Below are positions 27,204-35,937 of a stretch of 64,000 bases of DNA, one piece after another. Below the pieces are notes generated by a model. The model did not search any database and had not been told where the DNA came from. It worked only from the letters and a program-made list of their open reading frames with translations. The position numbers were made by a program, and so were the translations under genes. This DNA comes from Collinsella sp. (GTDB lineage Bacteria > Actinomycetota > Coriobacteriia > Coriobacteriales > Coriobacteriaceae): assembly GCA_036553025.1 (NCBI GenBank), contig JAXKBK010000040.1, positions 1,044-65,043 of the forward strand. The letters are read 5' to 3'. Numbering within the stretch: the stretch's first letter is position 1; every line of letters starts with the position of its first letter.

Positions 27204-27233
27204 AAAAAAATACCCTCGGGAACGAGGGTATTT
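27204..27233 (-). terminator. rho-independent terminator after the DUF721 gene
   Basis: AAATACCCTCG-GGAA-CGAGGGTATTT with a minus-strand T7 run. Confidence 0.7.
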
Positions 27234-27259
27234 GGCTCTACAAGGCCACCAGATGCGAT

Positions 27260-27823
27260 TTAAGGCTCTTTTTTGCTTTGCACGCCCTTGGCCCACTCGG
27301 CGCTGGCTCTCATGGCATTCTCGAGGGCCTCGCGCAGTTTTTGGTCTTCGATGGGCGCCACTTGGCGCTCAATCTCGGTGCGCTCGGCCTCACTTAGGTC
27401 GGCGTGCGGGGCCGGCGGGCGCTCGGTCGTCGCCGGGCGCAGGCGCTCCTTGGCGGCGGGCGGCGTGTGACCGGGCGCGGTGGTTTTGAACACCAGGCCG
27501 TCCACATGCGCACCGGCGCGCTCCATGCGCGCGCGAATGATCTCGCGCAACAGCGTCATTTCCTGCGTCCACGAGGGCGAATCGAGATATACCAGCAGCT
27601 CATTGGACTCGGGCAGGTAGCGCAGGCCCGTCACATGCCGCCCCTCGCGCGTGCCCGAGCACACCGCGTTCCACGCGCGATAGACCGCGCGCGACTCCTC
27701 GGCAGCCTCCATCTGCGCACGGCGCTCAGGTGTTGCAGCCGCCAGGATGCGCTGGCGCTCTGCGTTTAAAAACCCACTGAAGGCGACCGTTTCGCTCTCG
27801 CGCTCGTAATTAGCACGTCTCAC
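27260..27823 (-). CDS. DUF721 domain protein (DciA-type candidate helicase loader)
   Basis: It occupies the recF-gyrB slot. The sequence AVYRAWNAVCSGTREGRHVTGLRYLPESNELLVYLDSPSWTQEMTLLREII fits the DUF721 pattern. It overlaps the recF end by 14 nt. Confidence 0.7.
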   Translation of the reverse strand: MRRANYERESETVAFSGFLNAERQRILAAATPERRAQMEAAEESRAVYRAWNAVCSGTREGRHVTGLRYLPESNELLVYLDSPSWTQEMTLLREIIRARMERAGAHVDGLVFKTTAPGHTPPAAKERLRPATTERPPAPHADLSEAERTEIERQVAPIEDQKLREALENAMRASAEWAKGVQSKKEP

Positions 27824-28916
27824 CCATGCTCACCACCTTGGCTCGATCAAGCAGGTCATCGGTAAAGTACCCCAGGTTGGTCGTGGTTATGACCGTCTGG
27901 ATATCATCGCCGATCAGCCGCAGAAAAGCACCGCGGCGCTCGCCGTCGAGTTCGCTCATCACGTCGTCCAAAAGCAGCAGCGGGGCGGTGCCCAGGACAT
28001 CGCGAGCCACGGCCACCTCCGCCACCTTCCAGGCCAGAACCAACGTTCGCTGCTGACCTTGGCTGGCAAATGAGCGGGCGGAGCGGCCCGCCACGGCAAA
28101 CTCAATCTCATCGCGATGCGGTCCCACCAACGTCACGCCGCGGCGAATTTCCTCGTCGGCGTGCTCATCAAGGGCAGTCAGCATGCGCTCGTACGCCCAG
28201 CCCTTCAGCTCTTCGCGATCCTCGACCTGGGGCAAATCCCCCAGCGTGGACGTATAGGTCACGCTGGCAGCCTCGCCGGACGCCACTTGACCGTAGGCAG
28301 TGTGCACATGGCCCGCCAGCCGGTCGAGTAGGGCCAACCGGTGCACGAGCAGGGCCGAGCCCGCGCGGGCAATCGAATCGTTCCACGCGCCGAGCATCTC
28401 GCGGCAGCACCAGGTCTCCTTGAGCAGGGCGTTACGCTGGGTCACGCAGCGCCCATAGGTGCTCGCAAGATCGGCATAGCGTGCGCTCAGTTGCATGCCA
28501 AAGTCGTCGAGGGCGGCGCGGCGCACACTGGCGCCTCGCTTAACCATGTCCAGATGGTCGGGGCAAAACAGCACGCTCGGCAGAACCCCGCGCACACCGG
28601 CGGCAGAGCACCTCTTGCCGTTGCGGCTAAACGAGCGCTTACCGTCCTCCGCGCTCAATCCCATATCGAGCACGCGGCCGTCGCCCTCGAGCCTCAGCTC
28701 GACCTTGCACGAGCCCACGCCGTCATGGACGAGCTCGGCTGCGGTCGGATGCCTAAACGAGGCGCCGCTCGTCAGCAGCTGCAGCGCCTCTATGAGATTG
28801 GTCTTTCCCGCCGCGTTGGGTCCCGCAAGTATCGTCACGCCCTCGTCCAGGGCAAGGCGATAGCTATCGAAGCTGCGGTAGTGCGCGACGGAAAGATCGC
28901 GGGCGAACATGGTCAT
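27810..28916 (-). CDS. recF: DNA replication/repair protein RecF
   Basis: Walker A GPNAAGKTNLIEAL, signature SQGQQRTL and Walker B LLLLDDVMSELD. Confidence 0.95.
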   Translation of the reverse strand: MTMFARDLSVAHYRSFDSYRLALDEGVTILAGPNAAGKTNLIEALQLLTSGASFRHPTAAELVHDGVGSCKVELRLEGDGRVLDMGLSAEDGKRSFSRNGKRCSAAGVRGVLPSVLFCPDHLDMVKRGASVRRAALDDFGMQLSARYADLASTYGRCVTQRNALLKETWCCREMLGAWNDSIARAGSALLVHRLALLDRLAGHVHTAYGQVASGEAASVTYTSTLGDLPQVEDREELKGWAYERMLTALDEHADEEIRRGVTLVGPHRDEIEFAVAGRSARSFASQGQQRTLVLAWKVAEVAVARDVLGTAPLLLLDDVMSELDGERRGAFLRLIGDDIQTVITTTNLGYFTDDLLDRAKVVSMGETC

Positions 28917-28925
28917 GGCGCAGCG

Positions 28926-30029
28926 CTAGATGCGGACCGGCATAACCAGGTACAGGTAGTTGATCTTGTCGTAGGACTTGAAGATGCCCGCCTGCGAGTA
29001 GCTCTTGAGCTCCAGCGTGATCTCCTTCTCCTTGGACAGGGCATTGAGGCAGCCGAAGATGTAGTGGTAGTTGAAGGCGATGGTACCCGACTCGCCCTCG
29101 GCCTCGACATCGATCGCCTCCTGCGCAAGGTCCTGGTCATTGGAAATGGAGGACAGGCCCATCTGCCCGTTCTCGACATCGATCTCGAACTTGACAGCGG
29201 GGTTGGCGCTCGCGATAACGGCCACGCGCTTGAGGGCGGCGTTAAAGGCGGCGACGTCGATCTTGACGCTCGTCACGCACGAATCGGGGATGAGCTGCTT
29301 GTAGTTGGGGTACATGCCCTCGATACGGCGCGACACGTAGGTGGTGTTGCCGGCCTCGAAGACGACCTGGGTGTCGGTAGCCCCGATCATGATGGTCGCC
29401 TGGCTGGCCATGATGTTCAGCGCGTCGTTAAAGGCGTCGGCCGGAACGTTGAGCTCAAAGGAGCCCTCGAGGGTCGAGGTCTCGACCTGCGTATCGCACA
29501 CGGCCAAGCGGAAGGAATCGGTCGCCACCAGGCGCACGGTGTTGTTCTCGACCTTCATGTGCACGCCGCCCAGGATGGGGCGGGCCTTGTCGGTCGAGGT
29601 GACGCGCCACACGCGGCCGACCATCTCGGACAAGATATCGGTCGGCAGCTCCACGGCACTCTCGATGGCATAGGCCGGAAACTCGGGGAAGTCATTGGCA
29701 TCGAGCGTGTTCAGGCGGAAAGAGCTCTTCTCGCAACCAATCAGCACCTGGCGCTCGGACAGCTCAAAGGTGACCGGGGCATCGGGGAGGGTCTTAGTGA
29801 TATTGGAAAGCATCTTACAGGGGATAACCATCTCGCCCTCTTCTTCGACATGCGCCGCGATGCGGTGACGGATCGAGATGGTGTAGTTAGAGGTCTGGAA
29901 TTCCAAGATGCCGTCTTGCGCCTTGACGAGCACGCCCGACAGGATGGGAAGGGTGGATGCCGAAGCGACACCCTTCATTACGACGCCGATGGCTTGTGTA
30001 AGCGAGCTCTGGCTGACGGTGAACTTCAT
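28926..30029 (-). CDS. dnaN: DNA polymerase III beta sliding clamp
   Basis: 367 aa beginning MKFTVSQSSLTQAIGVV..LPILSGVL, with a three-domain clamp layout, in the position between dnaA and recF. Confidence 0.95.
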   Translation of the reverse strand: MKFTVSQSSLTQAIGVVMKGVASASTLPILSGVLVKAQDGILEFQTSNYTISIRHRIAAHVEEEGEMVIPCKMLSNITKTLPDAPVTFELSERQVLIGCEKSSFRLNTLDANDFPEFPAYAIESAVELPTDILSEMVGRVWRVTSTDKARPILGGVHMKVENNTVRLVATDSFRLAVCDTQVETSTLEGSFELNVPADAFNDALNIMASQATIMIGATDTQVVFEAGNTTYVSRRIEGMYPNYKQLIPDSCVTSVKIDVAAFNAALKRVAVIASANPAVKFEIDVENGQMGLSSISNDQDLAQEAIDVEAEGESGTIAFNYHYIFGCLNALSKEKEITLELKSYSQAGIFKSYDKINYLYLVMPVRI

Positions 30030-30274
30030 CTTTTAATACCTTTCTACTTTCTATAGATATAAATATCTTAATAATAGTAATAGCACTGACGAAACTGTTG
30101 ATTACTCCCAAAGACGCAGGTCAGACCCAGAAAGAGAATCGACAGCAACCTGTGTGCAACAGGGGTGGTTTTCCACGTTCAAAACCTGCGCAAAACTTTT
30201 CATCACCGCGGGTTGGGTTTTAGACACCTTATGCCCGTGGTTTCGACAAGTTTTCAACAGGTGTCTCTATTTCC
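30030..30274. other. oriC part 2: AT-rich unwinding-element candidate (30030..30087) plus DnaA-box-like 9-mers
   Basis: A very AT-rich stretch of about 58 nt (CTTTTAATACCTTTCTACTTTCTATAGATATAAATATCTTAATAATAGTAATAGCAC) in GC-rich DNA. The boxes are TTTTCCACG (30169..30177), GTTTCGACA (30240..30248) and TTTTCAACA (30251..30259). Confidence 0.6.
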
Positions 30275-31999
30275 CTACGAGCGCAGTGTAATTTTATCGC
30301 GCAGCGACTTGAGGTCTTCGGTGACGGTGCGGTCTTCCTGGATCATCTTCTGGACCTTTTTGTAGCTCGTGCTGACGGTCGAGTGGTTGCGGTTGCCAAA
30401 TTCGGCGCCCACCGCCGTGGTCGTCATCTCGCACATCTCGATGGCCAGGTAGATAGCGATATGGCGTGCTTTGGCGATATTGGCGTTGCGACGCGGGCCG
30501 ATGAGCTCCTCGTGCGTCACGCCGTACTGCTCTTCGATGACGGACTGAACCGTCTGGACGTTGATCTTTTTGGCCGATGTGTCGAAGTACTGGCTGGCGA
30601 TGGCGTCGATATCGTCAAAGGTGAGCTCCCCGCCCTCGCGCTCGCGGTCCCCCGCCTCGCCGGCACAGCGCTCGCAGAAGCTCTCGAGTTCGCGGATGTT
30701 GGTGCCCGAGACCTCGGCCATGTGTTTAAAGTGCTCGTCGGTCAGGTGCCCGCCGTCGCCCCCATAGGCCGCCAGCAGCGAGTCGTCGCCTGCCTCGGGA
30801 GCGGCGACGATGGTGTTCTCGTAATAGCGCTGCAAGATCTTGTATTTCATCTCGTAGCTGGGCTCTGCGACCAGGCAGAGCATACCGGCGTTAAAGCGGC
30901 TGGTCAGGCGTTCGTCCATGCTCAGGTCCTTGGGGGCGCGGTCTGCCGCGATGACGACCTTCTTGTTGTTGCGGATGAACTCGTCCATGAGCTGGAAAAA
31001 GTAGTCCACGCTCGCGCGCTTGCCGATGATGTTTTGGATGTCATCGATGATGAGCACGTCCACACCGTGGTACGCCTGCATGATGGGGGCGTTGCTCTTC
31101 TTTTGGCGGTCGAACTCGGTCATCAGGTCGTCCAGATATGCCTGGGAGTTGGCATACTTGACCTTGATCTCGGGCGACTTCTCGGCGAGCTCGTTTTTGA
31201 TGGCAAGCAGCAGGTGCGTCTTGCCCAGGCCCGATTTGCCGTAGATGAACAGTGATGTGCACGTGCCGCGCTCGTCCGCGAGGGCGGCAAACTTGAGTGC
31301 CGAGCGATAGGCATGGCTGTTCTCGGGGCCGTAGACAAAGTTCTCAAAGGTAAATTTTGAGTTCGCGGCGAGCGGGGCTCCATCCATATTCTGCTCGGCC
31401 GGCACGGTCGGTGCTGGCATGGATGAGGCGGGGGTCGCAGCTTGCGTGGATTTAGTCGGCGCTCCGCCCTTCATCTGGTTCATCATGCGACGAAAATCAT
31501 CGGCCGAGAGCGTGTTCTTGATTGCAATGCCCGAATCCGCGCCCGCCGCTGCGTCGTGAGCGATGGGCATGTGCGTGACGGGTGCGTTCGTTGACGTCGC
31601 CGCCGCGGCCGGCAACGGTGCCATGGTTTCACGGGAAACATCGCTGCGCTGGTGCTCGATTGTCGGCACGTCGCCTGCGGAGGCCGGCGCCGCCGGGGAA
31701 GCAGCGGGAGCCGTGGTCGGCGCCGTCGCGGCAGCGGATTCCGTCGCGGCGCCTTGCGGTGCCACGATGTCGAGTGCAATCGGTGCAAAGGCGATTTCTT
31801 CCAGATAGGCCTCAATAGTCGGCTGATGCTTTTTGAGCTGCGCGATGGCAAAGCGCGAGGGGGCCTCGATCGTGAGCGTATCTTCGGTCAGGCTTATGGC
31901 GCGCGATTGCCCCAGCATGTTGATGAGGCGTGCATCTTGGCCGTCGCGCTGGCAAAAGGCGATGGCATCCCCCAGGATGATGCTTGCTTCCTCGTCCAC
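30275..31999 (-). CDS. dnaA: chromosomal replication initiator DnaA
   Basis: AAA+ Walker A IYGKSGLGKTHLL, DVLIIDDIQ, and C-terminal DNA-binding helices (IAKARHIAIYL..GAEFGNRNHSTV). Domain II is a long A/P-rich linker. Confidence 0.95.
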   Translation of the reverse strand: MDEEASIILGDAIAFCQRDGQDARLINMLGQSRAISLTEDTLTIEAPSRFAIAQLKKHQPTIEAYLEEIAFAPIALDIVAPQGAATESAAATAPTTAPAASPAAPASAGDVPTIEHQRSDVSRETMAPLPAAAATSTNAPVTHMPIAHDAAAGADSGIAIKNTLSADDFRRMMNQMKGGAPTKSTQAATPASSMPAPTVPAEQNMDGAPLAANSKFTFENFVYGPENSHAYRSALKFAALADERGTCTSLFIYGKSGLGKTHLLLAIKNELAEKSPEIKVKYANSQAYLDDLMTEFDRQKKSNAPIMQAYHGVDVLIIDDIQNIIGKRASVDYFFQLMDEFIRNNKKVVIAADRAPKDLSMDERLTSRFNAGMLCLVAEPSYEMKYKILQRYYENTIVAAPEAGDDSLLAAYGGDGGHLTDEHFKHMAEVSGTNIRELESFCERCAGEAGDREREGGELTFDDIDAIASQYFDTSAKKINVQTVQSVIEEQYGVTHEELIGPRRNANIAKARHIAIYLAIEMCEMTTTAVGAEFGNRNHSTVSTSYKKVQKMIQEDRTVTEDLKSLRDKITLRS

Positions 32000-32014
32000 T
32001 GTCTCTCCCGTTCT

Positions 32015-33367
32015 TTAGCTCTGAGCTCGCACGCGAGCGGCGCCGAGTTCGGTCAGATGGTATTTCTGGCCATGCTTGATGACCAAGCCGGCCTGCGCCA
32101 AGTCATTGAGCGTGCGTGACCAAGTGGGGGCCGAGTTTCCAAACGCCCTCGCCAGATCGGTTGCACCGCACGCTTGATTTTGCGCCAGATAGCCCAGCGC
32201 GGCGTTGCCGCGGTCGCTTACGAACACGTCCGGTTGTGGCTGCGCATACTGATTTGCTGCATTAGGATACATCATTTGAGCTGCTGGTTGTTGAGAACTC
32301 TGCATCGGTGGCATTTGCTGTTGAAAACTTTGAGGCCACTGTTGGTAAGGCTGCGGAGGCATCTGCTGGGCCCAAGGGCTGTACTGCTGCTGCGGCATCT
32401 GCTGGTACGGCTGCTGATATCCCTGCTGGTACTGCTGCGGGAACTGCTGGCCATACCCCAGTGGCGGCATCTGCTGATATGGATATCCCTGTTGGTACGG
32501 CTGATAGCCCATTTGCTGGCCACCCGGTGCCCCCGTCGCCTGCTGCATTGCTGCTGCATCCTGATCCGCCAGCGGCACGGTCTCTGGCATGTTTGGCGGC
32601 ATCGACATCGATGTCGCCTGGGGCTCTTGTGTAGGAAGCATTCCGGGATGCTGCATCTGCCCCACGGGGGGCTGCATCTGCTGCGTTGCCATGGGCTGCT
32701 GCGCAAAAGCTCCCGGCAGGGGATATGTGGGCTGCTCCGTCTCGGGCCGCACGGCAGCACCGCGTCCGCCGGCGCGCTCGATTTCCTGCACGCGTTTAGG
32801 GTCCAGGCTTACCGTAACCACGGTGCCGTTGCCCATGTTGTCCTCGATGGATACGGCACCGCCGGCGTTTTCCAAATACTCCTGCACCATGGGAAACCCT
32901 GCTCCGGTTCCACGGATATAGCGCTTCATCTTGCTGTTTGCGCTGGTAACGCCAAAGTCGAAAGCACGTTCCTTGTCGTCGATGCCGGGTCCTTGGTCAG
33001 CAAAGCGGATGGTGTCTCCGCCGTCCAGAATCGAGATGATGGGCTCGGCAAAGTGTGCGTGGATAAAGTTTTCGACAATCTCGCGGATGACCATGAGCGA
33101 GATATGGCCACCTTGTTCTTTCATGCACTGGTAGACGGTGTTGGTCGTCTCTTCCAAATACGTGCGGACATCTTGCGGATCAATGACGATCACCCGCGGT
33201 GTCGACAGCATGTCGTCATAGACGGCGATGCGCGCGGCGTACATGGCTTTTGGCGCCTGCGTGGTCGTCTGCTCGCCTTCCGCACGCTCTTCGCGCACGC
33301 CGGTGATGTGCTCGTTGTCGGGTGCCGGGTCTCCGGAATCGACCATGGCGTAAAAGTCGTCAGACAT
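32015..33367 (-). CDS. GHKL-type ATPase domain / Q,P,Y-rich low-complexity region / C-terminal winged-helix protein, immediately upstream of dnaA
   Basis: HATPase_c-like motifs are IREIVENFIHAH (N box), FADQGPGI (G1) and RGTGAGFPMV..GNGTVVTVSL (G2). About 170 aa of Q/P/Y/M-rich sequence follows. The C-terminal segment ALGYLAQNQACGATDLARAFGNSAPTWSRTLNDLAQAGLVIKHGQKYHLT resembles a MarR/ArsR-type wHTH. The stop lies 15 nt before the dnaA start. Confidence 0.7.
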   Translation of the reverse strand: MSDDFYAMVDSGDPAPDNEHITGVREERAEGEQTTTQAPKAMYAARIAVYDDMLSTPRVIVIDPQDVRTYLEETTNTVYQCMKEQGGHISLMVIREIVENFIHAHFAEPIISILDGGDTIRFADQGPGIDDKERAFDFGVTSANSKMKRYIRGTGAGFPMVQEYLENAGGAVSIEDNMGNGTVVTVSLDPKRVQEIERAGGRGAAVRPETEQPTYPLPGAFAQQPMATQQMQPPVGQMQHPGMLPTQEPQATSMSMPPNMPETVPLADQDAAAMQQATGAPGGQQMGYQPYQQGYPYQQMPPLGYGQQFPQQYQQGYQQPYQQMPQQQYSPWAQQMPPQPYQQWPQSFQQQMPPMQSSQQPAAQMMYPNAANQYAQPQPDVFVSDRGNAALGYLAQNQACGATDLARAFGNSAPTWSRTLNDLAQAGLVIKHGQKYHLTELGAARVRAQS

Positions 33368-33374
33368 GCCGCTC

Positions 33375-33530
33375 GCAATCTTTCAAAAGGTTTCGAACAA
33401 ATAGTAGCTCACCGTGCAACGTTTCTCATCTTTCGACAACTTTTCAAAACTTGTTGAAAACTTTGGAAAACGGGCGAAAAGTTCTCAACATTGCCAACAT
33501 GACCTGTTGAAAACTCGATGAAATATCGTG
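33375..33530. other. oriC part 1: cluster of DnaA-box-like 9-mers between the GHKL gene and rpmH
   Basis: TGTTGAAAA (33452..33460 and 33505..33513, the reverse complement of TTTTCAACA), TTCTCAACA (33482..33490), CTTTCGACA (33430..33438) and TTTGGAAAA (33462..33470), plus further TTTC(A/G)A(A/C)A variants. Confidence 0.55.
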
Positions 33531-33610
33531 AAAGGTTGCCATGAGGCGCAAATTTCGGTTGTGCTTATGGGGGAACCGTGTGAACTGCGCAACCTTTTAC
33601 CTTTGATTTC

Positions 33611-33640
33611 TTGACATTTGAACATTGATTTCCCTACAAT
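33611..33640 (+). promoter_or_regulatory. putative rpmH operon promoter
   Basis: TTGACA (33611..33616), an 18-nt spacer, then TACAAT (33635..33640). Confidence 0.55.
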
Positions 33641-33712
33641 CTTCAAGCTCACGTGTCTATATCTGCGTCCGCGTCCCCGCGGACACTCGAAATGCAGCAG
33701 GAGGAACTTAAG

Positions 33713-33847
33713 ATGAAGCGTACGTATCAGCCTAATAAGCGTAAGCGTGCCAAGACCCATGGCTTCCGTGCCCGTATGGCCACTAAGGGTGGTCGTGCCG
33801 TGCTCGCCCGTCGTCGCGCCAAGGGCCGCAAGCGTCTCACTGTCTAG
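33713..33847 (+). CDS. rpmH: 50S ribosomal protein L34
   Basis: [44 protein letters not shown], with the ATG preceded by GCAGGAGGAACTTAAG. Confidence 0.97.
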   Translation: MKRTYQPNKRKRAKTHGFRARMATKGGRAVLARRRAKGRKRLTV

Positions 33848-33867
33848 CAGCGATACACACATCTCGC

Positions 33868-34206
33868 ATGAAGACTATTAAGTCTCGGCAAGATTTCGAG
33901 CATGTGTTCAGTCAGGGGCGTCGTTTCAATCACCCTCTGATTCGAATGACCATATGTGAATCGGTTGGCGAAGGCGACTCCGGAAGGGTCGCCTTCGTTG
34001 GTGCTAAGCGACTCGGTTGTGCCGTCGTGCGCAACCGATCTAAGCGTGTGATGCGCGAGGCCGCCCGCAGCTGCGGATTTCCCGTTGCGGGTTATGACAT
34101 CATCTTGTTTGCAACTCCTAAGACGAGGGTTTCCTCGCCGCAGGAGATGGACAAGGCGTTGCGTTCGCTTATGAAGCGCGCCGGCGTTGCCGGGGAGGAG
34201 CGATGA
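33868..34206 (+). CDS. rnpA: ribonuclease P protein component
   Basis: 112 aa, basic, with [25 protein letters not shown] (RNR motif). It follows rpmH. Confidence 0.9.
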   Translation: MKTIKSRQDFEHVFSQGRRFNHPLIRMTICESVGEGDSGRVAFVGAKRLGCAVVRNRSKRVMREAARSCGFPVAGYDIILFATPKTRVSSPQEMDKALRSLMKRAGVAGEER

Positions 34207-34427
34207 GCAATCACGTTTTGCGACGTGTTGCCATCGCTCCTATTCGCATATATCAACAGGTTATTTCGCCCTTATTGCCTGACGCCTGCATTTATTACCC
34301 AACGTGCTCGCAATACGCCATCCAGGCGATTGAGAAGCACGGTGTTTTGAGAGGCTGCTGGCTTGCCGTGAGGCGCATCGCTCGTTGCAATCCCCTGCAC
34401 GTCGGCGGTTATGACCCTGTGCCCTAG
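34203..34427 (+). CDS. yidD: membrane protein insertion efficiency factor YidD
   Basis: [52 protein letters not shown]. It has a 4-nt overlap with rnpA. Confidence 0.95.
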   Translation: MSNHVLRRVAIAPIRIYQQVISPLLPDACIYYPTCSQYAIQAIEKHGVLRGCWLAVRRIARCNPLHVGGYDPVP

Positions 34428-34456
34428 CGGGCACTCGCTATCGGAGGAAAACTTAC

Positions 34457-35227
34457 ATGTGGGATTGGATCGTTAACATCCTTTTCGAGCTGCTCAAGCT
34501 CATCCAGACCTTTGCGGTCGACTGGGGCCTGTCCATCATCATCCTGGTGGTCATCATCCGTCTGCTGCTGACGCCGCTCATGCTCAAGTCGACCAAGTCG
34601 ACGGCTCGCATGCAGGTGCTGCAGCCCAAGATGCTCGAGATCCAGGAGCGCTATGCCGACGATCCCCAGCGTCAGGCCGAGGAGATGCAGAAGTTCTACA
34701 GCGAGAACAAGTTCAACCCCATGGCTGGCTGTCTGCCGCTGCTGATTCAGATGCCTATCCTGTTCGCCCTGTTTACATTGCTGCGCAACCTGCCGCAGTA
34801 CTTTAACGACGGCACGTTCTCGTTCTTCAACATCCTGCCCGACCTGACCACCACGCCGAGTGCTTCCTTTGCCGATGGCTTTATGGTTGCACTGCCTGCG
34901 CTGGTTTGCCTGATCCTGTTCGCCGTTCTGACCCTGATTCCGCAGCTCTATATGTCGCGCAACCAGACCGGCCAGCAGGCTCAGAGCATGCGTATGATGG
35001 CCGTTGTCATGACGGTCATGATGCTTTGGATGGGCTGGAGCCTTCCCGTTGGTGTTCTGCTGTACTACGACGTCTCGTCTGCTTGGCAGGTTATCCAGCA
35101 GATTTTTGTGACGCAGAAGGTCATCGACAAGGCGAAGGCCGATGAGGAGGAGCGTCTTAAGAACGCTCCGCTGCAGGTTGAGGTCACTCGTCGAGAGAAG
35201 AAGCCGCGCCCGCACAAGAAGAAGTAG
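34457..35227 (+). CDS. yidC: membrane protein insertase YidC (short Gram-positive type)
   Basis: LSIIILVVIIRLLLTPL, QPKMLEIQERY, NPMAGCLPLLIQMPILFALF and a basic C-terminal tail. Confidence 0.9.
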   Translation: MWDWIVNILFELLKLIQTFAVDWGLSIIILVVIIRLLLTPLMLKSTKSTARMQVLQPKMLEIQERYADDPQRQAEEMQKFYSENKFNPMAGCLPLLIQMPILFALFTLLRNLPQYFNDGTFSFFNILPDLTTTPSASFADGFMVALPALVCLILFAVLTLIPQLYMSRNQTGQQAQSMRMMAVVMTVMMLWMGWSLPVGVLLYYDVSSAWQVIQQIFVTQKVIDKAKADEEERLKNAPLQVEVTRREKKPRPHKKK

Positions 35228-35271
35228 TGGGATATCAATCTTATTTAGGTACCTAACTTTTGGAGTACGTT

Positions 35272-35841
35272 ATGTCTGAAGAGATCATCGAGGATATGCT
35301 TGAGGAGGTTGCCCCGCAGGTCGCGGGCGATTATCCCGAGATTGCACAGCGCTACAAGGCTGGTGAAGAGCTGACCGATGAGGAGCTCGACACCATTGCC
35401 GATGTTGCTATTTCCATCCTGCGTTCCATCCTTTCGCACTTCGATGCCGCCAACTCTCCTATCGATGAGTATGAGGGCGACGAAGGTGAGCTGATTTTGG
35501 ATGTAACGGCTCCCGACCTTGCTGTTCTCATTGGCCGTCATGGTCGCACCCTTGATGCCCTTCAGGTTATGTTCTCTTTGCTGGTGAGCCGCAAACTTGG
35601 CTTTAGGTATCCGGTTGTAGTGGACGTCGAGGGATACAAGAGCCGCCGTCAGGACAAGGTTGCCTCCATGGCTCAGTCTGCTGCCGCGCGTGCCATTCGC
35701 ACTCATAAGAGTGTTTCGCTTCCGCCCATGAATGCCTACGAGCGTCGACTGGTTCACATTGCACTTCGTGGCAATGATGCCGTCGATACTCATTCTGAGG
35801 GTTCTGACCCTGATCGCCATGTGGTGATTGTTGCTCGATAA
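35272..35841 (+). CDS. jag: RNA-binding protein Jag/KhpB (KH + R3H)
   Basis: LIGRHGRTLDALQ (KH GXXG) and an R3H region PMNAYERRLVHIAL. It sits in the position after yidC. Confidence 0.85.
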   Translation: MSEEIIEDMLEEVAPQVAGDYPEIAQRYKAGEELTDEELDTIADVAISILRSILSHFDAANSPIDEYEGDEGELILDVTAPDLAVLIGRHGRTLDALQVMFSLLVSRKLGFRYPVVVDVEGYKSRRQDKVASMAQSAAARAIRTHKSVSLPPMNAYERRLVHIALRGNDAVDTHSEGSDPDRHVVIVAR

Positions 35842-35860
35842 TCTACTCGAGTTTATGCTA

Positions 35861-35891
35861 AGGGGACGTGGTTTCCACGTCCCCTTTTTTT
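35861..35891 (+). terminator. rho-independent terminator after jag
   Basis: AGGGGACGTGG-TTT-CCACGTCCCCT followed by TTTTTT. Confidence 0.8.
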
Positions 35892-35937
35892 GTCAAAAGT
35901 TCTCGATACGCTGATTTTTGTCAGAAAGGAGCTTTCG

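Noticed and set aside
32174-35215. ORFs 32174..33457 (+, 427 aa) and 34424..35215 (-, 263 aa)
   Set aside because: They are antisense to the GHKL-domain gene and to yidC. The + ORF translation is Leu/Arg/His/Cys-rich repeat noise generated by the CAG/CTG-rich low-complexity region.
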